Origin: a virus
Taxonomy: Duplodnaviria > Caudoviricetes
Virus record (IMG/VR): IMGVR_UViG_3300006076_000615
Coordinates: 1 to 29,747 of that record
Length of the DNA: 29,747 nt
Reading direction: 5' to 3' (one strand)
In this document: positions 8,755 through 16,524 of the stretch, in pieces
Layout of the letters: each line of letters begins with the position of its first letter
Numbering within the stretch: position 1 is the first letter of the stretch
Position numbers and translations under genes: made by a program
Notes under the pieces: model-generated
Told to the model about the DNA's origin: nothing
The model's database searches: none
Seen by the model: the letters and a program-made list of their open reading frames with translations, nothing else

Positions 8755-9801
8755 TCACCCTCCCCACGTAGAAATACTGCTTTCGGCTGTAGCGCCCACC
8801 ATTACTGGCGCCCCGCCCGATTGCAGAAATGCAGGAGCGGCCACTTTCGGCACAACCTGCACGCCATGCGCACCCACAAAACCGCACCCGTCCAGCCGCG
8901 CATGCCACCGTTCCAACGCCTCGCGCCGACGCTCCATGGCATCACGGGTCAGATAGGTCTCAGTGGTCACGCCCAGGGCATGGTTGATCAGCAGCTCACC
9001 CACCATGTGGTCAACGCCGATATCCGCCAGGCTCGAGCGCATCAGCTTGCGCAGGTCATGGCTCGTCCACTGCCGGCCGCTCACCTCACGCATCAGCGCA
9101 TGCCCGCTGGTCAGCGCCATGGCAGCCCCGCCGCGCACCGGGAACAGCCACGCCGCCTTCATGCGTGCATCCGGCAGCGCCTGGCGATACTTGGCCAGCA
9201 GGCCGAGCACCTGCGCCGTCAGCGGTAGCACATGCTCGCGCCGGCTCTTCGTGTTCGCCTCGGGGATCACCCACACCCGTTCGTCCAGCGAGATATGCGC
9301 CCAGCGCGCCGCCAGCGTCTCGGCGATGCGTGTGCCGTGCGCCAGCATCATCAGCGGCAGCATCCCCTTGGCCGGGTCACGGTTGAACACCTCCACCAGG
9401 TGCTGCACCAACGCATGCAGGTCGACGCGCGACAACGCCGCCGGCTTCGGCCGCAGCTTGCCCTTGTAGAAATCGCGGAACGTCGTGCCCGCCAGCGGGT
9501 TGGCCTCGATGCGGCCCTGCGTCTCAGCCATGCGGAACGCCTGACGCAGCCCCTGCAGCGCCTTCTGCACCGTGCGTGGCGCCAACTCCTGATGCATGGG
9601 AAACACCAACTTGTCGTCGAGCAGCACCCGATCCAGCTTGCGCAGCAGCACCTTGCCCACGTGCGGGATCACATGCCGGCGCATCAGCGAACCCATGCTG
9701 CCGCGGTACTTCTCGCTGCGCGTGCGGTCACCCTCAATGCGCGACAGCCACCACTCCACCACCTCGACCACCGAGCGCATGCCCGCCTTCTTGCTCGCCA
9801 C
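8755..9801 (-). CDS. Tyrosine recombinase (second, integrase-like, in the replication/nin region)
   Basis: Core-binding domain plus catalytic set HGTRIAE (R), NTKS (K), HDLRK (H-x-x-R), INH (H), ETYL (Y). Confidence 0.9.
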   Translation of the reverse strand: MASKKAGMRSVVEVVEWWLSRIEGDRTRSEKYRGSMGSLMRRHVIPHVGKVLLRKLDRVLLDDKLVFPMHQELAPRTVQKALQGLRQAFRMAETQGRIEANPLAGTTFRDFYKGKLRPKPAALSRVDLHALVQHLVEVFNRDPAKGMLPLMMLAHGTRIAETLAARWAHISLDERVWVIPEANTKSRREHVLPLTAQVLGLLAKYRQALPDARMKAAWLFPVRGGAAMALTSGHALMREVSGRQWTSHDLRKLMRSSLADIGVDHMVGELLINHALGVTTETYLTRDAMERRREALERWHARLDGCGFVGAHGVQVVPKVAAPAFLQSGGAPVMVGATAESSISTWGG

Positions 9802-10043
9802 TACGCGCCCTCCCCTTCGAACTTCGCCACAACCCGCCCGGCCATGTGATCGGTGATCGCCTGCACCACGCCGTCACGGCTATTGCGATAGGCCATGGCC
9901 ACCGCCTTGCCTGGGGCGCTGACTGAATAAACCGGCAGGCCATCGATCTGATACTCGGCCACGGTGTAGCCGCTATCGGTGATCCAGCAGCCTGGCGTCG
10001 GCAGGCCGTCGCGATCCTTCTTAGGATCCCAGCCTATGGTCAT
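9801..10043 (-). CDS. Hypothetical phage protein
   Basis: Start and stop overlap both neighbours. Confidence 0.7.
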   Translation of the reverse strand: MTIGWDPKKDRDGLPTPGCWITDSGYTVAEYQIDGLPVYSVSAPGKAVAMAYRNSRDGVVQAITDHMAGRVVAKFEGEGA

Positions 10044-10687
10044 GGCGCCAGCTCCTGCTCGGCGCTCAGCTCCACCACCTCGGCCATCTCGCCGTACAAC
10101 TTGCGGCCATGGGCCTCGGCGGTAGCCCGGCAGGCGAACAGCGCCACCGGCTGGCCGCGATCAGCAGCCAGCCCGAGCTTGTCGGCGCGGGAGTAGAGGG
10201 CGAAGCGGTGGTTAAGCGCATCTTCAAGGCGACGGCATTTGTTGCGGTAGTGGTTGTAAGCCCTTACCGACTCAGTGACCCGATCCTTGAAAAGATCACG
10301 CATCTGCTCCGCATCTGCGCAAGCAGTCGCAACTTCATGAAGCCGAATATTTGTCCGCTCAAGCTCGGTTCGCAGCGCCTTGCATTCCGCATAGGCCGCG
10401 TCTTTTTGCTGGATAGCGTGGCCGGCCTCGCATTTGGCCTGAGCCTCGCTATTCAGCAGCGAGAGGACGACGGAGGGACTGGCGGCGCCAACGAACGACA
10501 CGTTCGCAACGCAGTCATCAGGGAAATTCTGATTTCCATCCAGCAGCACGTACTTGCCATCAGGAGTATCGGTGATGATCTGGTACTTGAGGATGAATGG
10601 CTTGTCGTATGCGTTTCCTGCGTACCAGTCTTTGTGCGCTGCCGCCTCAGCCAGCCTTCGCAGCTCGGCCTTGTTCACGTGAGTCAT
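10040..10687 (-). CDS. Ead/Ea22-like protein
   Basis: ELRRLAEAA...FVGAASPSVVLSLL followed by a coiled coil. Confidence 0.6.
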   Translation of the reverse strand: MTHVNKAELRRLAEAAAHKDWYAGNAYDKPFILKYQIITDTPDGKYVLLDGNQNFPDDCVANVSFVGAASPSVVLSLLNSEAQAKCEAGHAIQQKDAAYAECKALRTELERTNIRLHEVATACADAEQMRDLFKDRVTESVRAYNHYRNKCRRLEDALNHRFALYSRADKLGLAADRGQPVALFACRATAEAHGRKLYGEMAEVVELSAEQELAP

Positions 10688-11355
10688 CCCCGCACCCTCC
10701 CCAACATCCCCCGAATCCTCGCCAAGTGCGCGTTGGCCACCTCCGGCGCCCCCTTGCGCATCGGCGCCGGAAGCGCGGCCACCGGTGCCGGCGCCAGTTC
10801 TTCACCACGCGCAATGCGGCGGCGCTGCTCCAGGTACTTGTCGCTGAACAGCTTCATGCCCAGCTTGCGCTCCAGGTTCTGCAGGGCCAGGTAACCGCAG
10901 GCCACCGCAGCGTGGTACACCGCCGGATGCGGCCAGCGTGCCATGCCGGCCTGAGCCGGGTGCGTGTTGCGCATGGCGATCTTGTAGGCCTTCTCTTCGC
11001 TCGGCAGGCCGAGCGCCTCAGGCGCCAGGCACCAGCTCACGAACTCACCCGGCGTCGGTGGCCACGGGCGGCGGTCACGCCCCGCCGTACGCATGCCCTG
11101 GTCGATCAGCCCCTGTTGCAGCACGCCCGAGCGGATGCACTCGGCCAGAAACTCGTCCTGCCAGGCGAACTCCTCCGCCTCGCTCGGCCACACCTGGCGC
11201 CAGCCGGTGTAAACGCCCTTCAGCCGCTGCATCAGCTCGGCCAGCGCGGCCTGCGTGGCGTCATCGATCACCACCTGCTGGGGGCCTGGAGCTTGGGTGA
11301 TGGCTTGGGGTTTCAGGCTGGCGGCCACCTGGCCAGCGTTACGGGCGGCGCTCAT
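10684..11355 (-). CDS. Replication protein P-like (helicase loader)
   Basis: WPPTPGEFVSWC, LGLPS, WPHPAVY, ALPAP; start moved to ATG 11355, overlapping the initiator stop. Confidence 0.85.
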   Translation of the reverse strand: MSAARNAGQVAASLKPQAITQAPGPQQVVIDDATQAALAELMQRLKGVYTGWRQVWPSEAEEFAWQDEFLAECIRSGVLQQGLIDQGMRTAGRDRRPWPPTPGEFVSWCLAPEALGLPSEEKAYKIAMRNTHPAQAGMARWPHPAVYHAAVACGYLALQNLERKLGMKLFSDKYLEQRRRIARGEELAPAPVAALPAPMRKGAPEVANAHLARIRGMLGRVRG

Positions 11356-12101
11356 ACCGTCACCACGCGCGGCCGTACCGGGCGAGCCGCCGTGATCGGC
11401 GCCACCTTGCTGGACGCACCCCGCACCGCATCCTGCTTCGCCCAGGTCACCAGCTTGGCGTGCCACTCGGCCGCCGTCAGCGCCAGCCCCTTGGCCTGGT
11501 GGTGGATCACGAACGCACCCAGCGCATCGGCGCAGGCCTGCGGCGACAACCCGGCACGGAATGCCAGCGCCTTGAGGCGATCAGGTTCTGGCTGCCACTC
11601 CAGCGTCATCGCAAACGGCGCATCAGGTTCGGCAGGCGGCGAGCCACCCTCGGGCTGCGAGTCGTCGCGCGCAGTGTGAGAGGGTTTTAGATCTTCTCTT
11701 CTCTTCTCTTCTCTAGCTCCGGCCCCTGTCTGCTTTTTGTCCGCATCAGAAGCGGACACATTGCGGACAGTTGCCTTCCGCTGTGCGTCCTGGCAGCGAC
11801 GTTTCGCGGACGTGCCGTTGTGCTCGGCGAACTTCACCACCTCAACACCGCCATCCACCTCGGCCAGCCAGCCGATCTGCACCAGGGCAGCACCGATGCC
11901 CGCCACACCGGTTTTACGGTCGATCGCACGCAGCGTCAGGCCGGGCAGCAGACCATCCTCGGAATGCTCGTCAGCCATCGACCACAGCCAGTACAGCGCG
12001 CCCACCACCATCGCCTCGGGCTGGTCCACCAGATCGCACAGGTGCGACACGCGCGGGTCATCCCACAGATTGGTGCGCATCTTGATCCACTCACCGGCCA
12101 T
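11352..12101 (-). CDS. Replication initiator (O-like) with DnaT-like C-terminal domain
   Basis: MAGEWIKMR..L..DPRV, REEKRRE linker, FAMTLEWQP; upstream of the P-like gene. Confidence 0.85.
   Translation of the reverse strand: MAGEWIKMRTNLWDDPRVSHLCDLVDQPEAMVVGALYWLWSMADEHSEDGLLPGLTLRAIDRKTGVAGIGAALVQIGWLAEVDGGVEVVKFAEHNGTSAKRRCQDAQRKATVRNVSASDADKKQTGAGAREEKRREDLKPSHTARDDSQPEGGSPPAEPDAPFAMTLEWQPEPDRLKALAFRAGLSPQACADALGAFVIHHQAKGLALTAAEWHAKLVTWAKQDAVRGASSKVAPITAARPVRPRVVTV
11692..11769. repeat. Candidate replication origin inside the initiator gene
   Basis: TCTTC pentamer run (11692-11713), then TGTCYGC x2 (11727, 11738) and inverted GCGGACA x2 (11752, 11763), each pair 11 bp apart. Confidence 0.55.
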
Positions 12102-12843
12102 GGTTGCCACCCTCAGTGCGCGCCACGTTTTCGCGCGCAGCAGAAAGTGGCGCGCCGTTGAGCCTCTGCGCCAGCACGGCCAGGCCCTTGGCGGTCACCC
12201 GCACCTGGCTCGCCAGGCGGTCGCTGCCCTCGTCGTCCTTACCGATGACCGATACCTTGTGATCCAGCAGGCCGGCAGTAAGGCGCGGCTGATACGCCAG
12301 CAGGCGCATGCTGCCCTCCCGGCGGTAAATCCAACGGTTCGCGCGCATCCACTCGATCAACCGGCAACGCTGGATGCCCAGGTGCTTGGCCGCATCCGTC
12401 AGGCACATCGAGCCGCCAGCCTCGGCGAGTCGCGCCAGCGCCTCCACCTTCGGTGCCTGCTCGCTCACCACCACCTGCAGGCGGTTGTTCTGCTCGGCCA
12501 GGTCAGCCGCCAGGCGCAGCGCCTCGGGCAGGGTTTGCGGCAGGCGCGGCACCGCGCCCGCCTCCAGCGCCTGCCAGCGATCCACCAGAGCGGCGGTGAA
12601 CTCCGGCGACAGCTGCGCCACCAGCACGATGCTGTCGCGTCGGCCACGCTCGCCGCTGAACACATAAACCGCCACCGGCTTGGTGGCTGTGGGGATTTCC
12701 TCACTCTGAGGAAATTCGATCACCCCGGCCTGCGCCAGGGTTTCGACGGTGCGCTTCACGTTGTCATGGCGCTTGCCGACCAGCTCGGCGATATCCCGAC
12801 TGGTCATCCTCGGCGCCTTGTCCGCGATCAGTAGTTGGTTCAT
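12091..12843 (-). CDS. Rha-family/antirepressor protein with KilAC (ANT) domain
   Basis: MTSRDIAELVGKRHDNVKR, FTAALVDRWQALE, LPQTLPEALRLAADLAEQ, PKV, VRVTAKGL; start ATG 12843 with SD GAGGTG. Confidence 0.9.
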   Translation of the reverse strand: MNQLLIADKAPRMTSRDIAELVGKRHDNVKRTVETLAQAGVIEFPQSEEIPTATKPVAVYVFSGERGRRDSIVLVAQLSPEFTAALVDRWQALEAGAVPRLPQTLPEALRLAADLAEQNNRLQVVVSEQAPKVEALARLAEAGGSMCLTDAAKHLGIQRCRLIEWMRANRWIYRREGSMRLLAYQPRLTAGLLDHKVSVIGKDDEGSDRLASQVRVTAKGLAVLAQRLNGAPLSAARENVARTEGGNHGR

Positions 12844-12846
12844 ACT
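12818..12846 (+). promoter_or_regulatory. Putative antisense promoter at the antirepressor start
   Basis: TTGTCC-17 nt-CATACT. Confidence 0.5.
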
Positions 12847-12852
12847 TCGGTC

Positions 12853-12900
12853 ACCTCTGTAGGTGTTGTTGAAGAAGCCGGGCTGCCACCCGGCTTTTTT
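12853..12900 (+). ncRNA. Candidate sar-like antisense RNA (~48 nt)
   Basis: Promoter-like sequence upstream, 5' end complementary to the antirepressor SD, ends in a plus-strand terminator. Confidence 0.4.
12875..12900 (+). terminator. Intrinsic terminator with the stronger U-tract on the plus strand
   Basis: AAGCCGGG-CTGCCA-CCCGGCTT ending in a T6 run. Confidence 0.75.
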
Positions 12901-12961
12901 GTGCCCGGCTACCTGACAATGGGTTGCCGCTTTGCCCTGATTCCGCGCATGCGCGGAAAAA

Positions 12962-13582
12962 TCAGCCAACCACCCGCAACGGCTGCGCCTGGCCCGCCAG
13001 CGCCAGCACGTTCTCAGCGGCACGGCGCAGCTCGCAGGAGCGGCTCTCCACCGCCAGCAGCGCCTCGACCATGCGCGGCAGCTCCGGCAGGTCGCTGTCG
13101 TTGATGCGACCATCCGCCAGCACCACGCCGGTGGCCTCCACGGCGCCGCCCAGGCGGCTCACCAGTTGGCCGAACGCCGTAACCGGGCAACCGTCCAGGC
13201 CCAGATCGCGCGCACCGATCAGCCCATGACGGGCCGCCAGTTCGTTCACGCAGCGCTCACGCCACTCCGGCGCCAGCGCCTGCACCCAGGCCTCCTCGAT
13301 CCAGGAAGGAAACTCCACATCGCCACCCAGCCAGCGCTGGCAGCGCTTCAGCCAGGCGTCAGTGGCCTTGATGAAGGGCTCAGCCGCGCCAACCTCGGCC
13401 AGCGCGGTGAAGTTCGGCACCCCGGCCGCCTCGGCCTTCACCGGCGCCAGCGCATACAACTGGGCGGCCAGCGCCTGGGCGAAACCGGCAGTGCTCATGG
13501 AGGTGCGCGCGATCATCTCGGCGGCATGCGCCACCAGCACCTGATCACGGGTTACGGCGTGTCCTGCTTTGGACGTAGTCAT
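12962..13582 (-). CDS. CII-position regulatory protein
   Basis: Between cro and the antirepressor/replication genes; C-terminal ADGRIN..D motif. Confidence 0.55.
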   Translation of the reverse strand: MTTSKAGHAVTRDQVLVAHAAEMIARTSMSTAGFAQALAAQLYALAPVKAEAAGVPNFTALAEVGAAEPFIKATDAWLKRCQRWLGGDVEFPSWIEEAWVQALAPEWRERCVNELAARHGLIGARDLGLDGCPVTAFGQLVSRLGGAVEATGVVLADGRINDSDLPELPRMVEALLAVESRSCELRRAAENVLALAGQAQPLRVVG

Positions 13583-13633
13583 GTTCTGCTCTGCCTCTTA
13601 TCGTGGTGGCCATGGGGTAGCCACTGGGGTTGC

Positions 13634-13870
13634 TCAGGCCGCGCCCTGGAGGATCTTCTTGGCCAGCGGCACAAGGTCAGGGCGGAGACCGGCAATAGTG
13701 ATCTCGCCGCCAGATGCCTCCTGAAGGCGCTCGGCAATCTCAGGAGTCGGCTTGCGGTGGCCGCCAGCCAACTGCCAGAGGTAGCCGGCGCTCGTGCCGG
13801 CCTTCTTGGCGACTTCATCGCGGCGCTCTGGCGAAGCTTTCGCCAGCCATTCACGCAAGTGGTCATTCAT
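13634..13870 (-). CDS. cro: Cro-like HTH regulator
   Basis: VAKKAGTSAGYLWQLAGGHRKP HTH and LRPD motif; divergent from cI; SD GGAGG. Confidence 0.9.
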   Translation of the reverse strand: MNDHLREWLAKASPERRDEVAKKAGTSAGYLWQLAGGHRKPTPEIAERLQEASGGEITIAGLRPDLVPLAKKILQGAA

Positions 13871-13898
13871 GGGTAACCCTCCGACAGTTTCACGGAGG

Positions 13899-13927
13899 AA
13901 TTTAGCCCATGGCTAACATTTCATCAA
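13899..13927 (-). promoter_or_regulatory. pR promoter driving cro and the early minus-strand operon
   Basis: TTGATG-17 nt-TAAATT with an operator overlapping the spacer and -10. Confidence 0.75.
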
Positions 13928-13965
13928 CGCAAATTTAGCCGTGAGCACATTTAGCAGGCAGCTAA
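13902..13965. promoter_or_regulatory. oR: three operators, consensus TTAGC-N5-GCTAA
   Basis: 13902-13916 TTAGCCCATGGCTAA; 13935-13949 TTAGCCGTGAGCACA (degenerate); 13951-13965 TTAGCAGGCAGCTAA. Confidence 0.85.
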
Positions 13966-13969
13966 AGAG

Positions 13970-13985
13970 TGTCAATATCGATCTA
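13970..13985 (+). promoter_or_regulatory. Putative pRM (extended -10) giving a leaderless cI mRNA
   Basis: TG-t-CAATAT ends at 13978; ATG is at 13985; no SD. Confidence 0.55.
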
Positions 13986-14464
13986 TGGATATCTTCGAAA
14001 TACGAAAGGCCAATCTGATCAGGCTGATAGGCAGCCGCAGGAAAGGCGCGTGCGCGGAAAAGTGGGAGATGGCGCCAGCTCACCTGAGCCAGGTGCTGTC
14101 GAACAAGACAGCCAAGAACCTGGGCGAGGACGTGGCGCGCAGGATCGAGCAGAAGGAAGGGCTGCCGCATGGGTGGCTGGATACGCTGCAAGTTGAGACT
14201 GACGCCAAGAAGATTGCCGCCGCTGTGGCGCGAGGCGAATCGACCTCAATCGGAGAAAAGGCCGGCAGCTATCCGGGCCAGTTCGATATTTCGAGCGCAA
14301 AAAGAAATTACCAGGCCGACCTGTACCAGGCGGCCAAGCCGGAACACCGGCAGGCGGTCGACGAGATCGCCGACAAAATGTTGGCCTTGACGCCCGAGCA
14401 GGCGCTCAAGCTCAAACAGGCAATGGACCTGCTGATGCCATCCAATGAGCCCAGAAAAGACTGA
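13985..14464 (+). CDS. cI: CI-like repressor (HTH, no S24 peptidase domain)
   Basis: IRKANL..L, HTH AEKWEMAPAHLSQVL, ARRIEQKEGLPHGWLD; divergent from cro across the operators. Confidence 0.88.
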   Translation: MDIFEIRKANLIRLIGSRRKGACAEKWEMAPAHLSQVLSNKTAKNLGEDVARRIEQKEGLPHGWLDTLQVETDAKKIAAAVARGESTSIGEKAGSYPGQFDISSAKRNYQADLYQAAKPEHRQAVDEIADKMLALTPEQALKLKQAMDLLMPSNEPRKD

Positions 14465-14906
14465 TTTCCCACCGCTCCTGCAGGGCGGATTTCATCCCCT
14501 CAGCCTGCTTGAACTGCACCAGCTAACTGTTAGCGAATTCCCGAATTCGCAACGCCGGCCACGGCTTTTCGCTTCCCTACAGATATACTTGGAACTGCTG
14601 GAAGGCACAGGCCTCAAAGCCGACGTATGGGTTGACGGCTCGTACATGTCCAGCAAGGAAGAGCCAGACGATATCGACTTGGTTGTATGCTTCGACCCAG
14701 ACAGCGCCAGGTCACTATCAGCCGAGGCACAGCAGCAGGCGCGAACCTTGCTGGACACCCACATCGTCAGCAGCAGGTTCAATCTGCACCTGTTTAGGAT
14801 CATGAATAACGATCCCGAGGCGCTCGCCTACTGGAGCAAGCTGTTTGGCACCATGCGCGATGAGCGCACGCCGAAGGGCATGGCATTACTGAGGGTCAAC
14901 CCATGA
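14445..14906 (+). CDS. Pol-beta-superfamily nucleotidyltransferase-like protein (DUF6932-like)
   Basis: VWVDGSYMSSKEEPDDIDLVV (GS...DxD) and C-terminal PKGM motif. Confidence 0.75.
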   Translation: MSPEKTDFPPLLQGGFHPLSLLELHQLTVSEFPNSQRRPRLFASLQIYLELLEGTGLKADVWVDGSYMSSKEEPDDIDLVVCFDPDSARSLSAEAQQQARTLLDTHIVSSRFNLHLFRIMNNDPEALAYWSKLFGTMRDERTPKGMALLRVNP

Positions 14907-15844
14907 CTGAGCAAGCAAATCGCATAGATTGGCTTGAGCGCCAGCTTGCTCAGGTCAACGCGTTACTGGAGCGAGACAAGGCCAGGCTGGCGGAATCGCC
15001 TCACGACTTCGCGCTGGAACTCTCCATGACGTCCTGGCAGTCCCATCAGGAGGATCTGAAGCAAGAGCTTCGGCAAGCGCGATCCGCCCTGCAGCACGAA
15101 GTGCTCGAGCTTCGCCTGATCGGTCAGCGCATGGACGGCAGCATCCCCCTGCGTTTGCTAACCAAGATGGCGGACAACATCAGTGCCATCCTGGCCCATG
15201 CTGCCTATCACCTGCGGCATGGCAAGGCGCCGCACAAAAAGGGCCTAGACCCGCTGTATGACGAGATGGACATGCGTTTATCCGGCCTGGCCTTCGGATC
15301 AACGCGCCTGCTGTTTGCGGGCAATATCACCGCTGACCTGGCTGGCGACTCCGCCATGGGCGGCGCTTTGGAGAAGATATTCGGTGTGCTAGGCAGCCGC
15401 GACCAGCAGCAGATCCGCGAACTGGTCACGGTGATCGGTATACCTGCCACGCGCCAACTGAACGAGCTTCTTGCCACCCTGGAGCGGCAACACATCGGCG
15501 CTGAACTTACCTGGCCAGCGCCGAACGCCAAGATCTACCGCTGGGGCGGATCGCTGGCAGAAGTGCGCCAGGCACATGAGCGCCTGTCCCCGCTTGAGCG
15601 CATCAAGCCGCATGAAATGACCCTGAGCGGGCGCATTGCTCAGCTCAAGGACAACGGCGCCTTGTATATCAGAGGCCTGGACGGTCAACAGCTCAAGATC
15701 AGCTACAACGCGCAGCAGTATCAGCACGTGCAGCAATACACCTTGGGCATGGACGTCGATGTCCGTGTGATGTGCTACATCGATCGAGACCCTATCACCG
15801 AGCAGGAGCGCGCCACATACAAGCTTGTGACGCCAGAGGAATAG
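14903..15844 (+). CDS. Hypothetical protein (N-terminal coiled coil, beta-rich OB-like C-terminus), partner of the NTase
   Basis: 313 aa ORF, ATGA-coupled to the NTase, followed by a terminator. Confidence 0.8.
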   Translation: MTEQANRIDWLERQLAQVNALLERDKARLAESPHDFALELSMTSWQSHQEDLKQELRQARSALQHEVLELRLIGQRMDGSIPLRLLTKMADNISAILAHAAYHLRHGKAPHKKGLDPLYDEMDMRLSGLAFGSTRLLFAGNITADLAGDSAMGGALEKIFGVLGSRDQQQIRELVTVIGIPATRQLNELLATLERQHIGAELTWPAPNAKIYRWGGSLAEVRQAHERLSPLERIKPHEMTLSGRIAQLKDNGALYIRGLDGQQLKISYNAQQYQHVQQYTLGMDVDVRVMCYIDRDPITEQERATYKLVTPEE

Positions 15845-15887
15845 CCTGGCGAGCAGAAGCTCCTACGGCCTAGATTGACTCGCACAG

Positions 15888-15911
15888 AAGCCCGCCCAGC
15901 GCGGGCTTTTT
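15888..15911 (+). terminator. Terminator of the immunity operon
   Basis: AAGCCCGC-CCAGC-GCGGGCTTTTT. Confidence 0.85.
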
Positions 15912-15930
15912 CATGCCCAGCGAAAATAAT

Positions 15931-15973
15931 TTAGCTCTGAGCTATTGACGTTATTTTAGCCTGTAGCTAAATT
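15931..15973 (+). promoter_or_regulatory. pL promoter with two oL operators
   Basis: TTGACG (15945)-17 nt-TAAATT (15968); operators TTAGCTCTGAGCTAT (15931-15945) and TTAGCCTGTAGCTAA (15956-15970). Confidence 0.88.
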
Positions 15974-16002
15974 AACTCCATCGCCGCCGACAACGACGGC
16001 CA

Positions 16003-16029
16003 GGCCGCAAGGCCACCGCTCTTTAAAAA
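16003..16029 (+). promoter_or_regulatory. Antitermination site: GNRA hairpin plus boxA
   Basis: GGCC-GCAA-GGCC followed by CGCTCTTTAAAAA (boxA consensus). Confidence 0.7.
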
Positions 16030-16524
16030 CCAGCGCCATGAACAGCTAGCCGGGCAACCGGCGAGGCAGCCCCGGCCATCACCTGTGGGGCGACAGAAAG
16101 TCAGGTGAACCAACCCGCTACGCCGCCCGGCGACCGGCGCACTGATCCGTAAGCGAACTGAGGATGCTGCAGGACGGTGCGAGGTGCAGACCGAACCGCG
16201 CGAATGACCCGGACGGCGTAGCGAGCAAGACCAATCCACAACACAGGAGCGCCAAGCCAATGCACCACTAAGCCCAGTCGACAGCACGGGTCGGCAATCC
16301 GCGCATACGTGCCCACTACCCTCCGGGCCGCCGGGCTGCACTCAAGCGCGGAGCAACACAGATACCCCACGACCAGCGCCGTATGTCGATTGAAGGCGCT
16401 GCGAGGGAAGCCCAAGGCCAAACACATGAAGCCAGCGCTGCCATCGGCAAGCGGCAACGGCACCAGGTTTCACCGGCTGGCCTTCCAACGAGGGCCAGAC
16501 GGGAAACCCACCAGGAGCACACCC

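Noticed and set aside
10109-12834. Long plus-strand ORFs over the replication region (10109-10894, 10597-11679, 11737-12834)
   Set aside because: Antisense to well-supported minus-strand genes
12844-13113. N-terminal extension of the antirepressor ORF in the track
   Set aside because: Overlaps the cII-like gene and a terminator; the SD-supported start is 12843
16168-16200. CTGAGGA...CGAA resembling a hammerhead ribozyme core
   Set aside because: No GAAA with a proper stem II or stem I/III pairing could be built
16309-16524. 72-aa N-terminal extension of acb2 in the ORF track
   Set aside because: Homology and the SD start at ATG 16525
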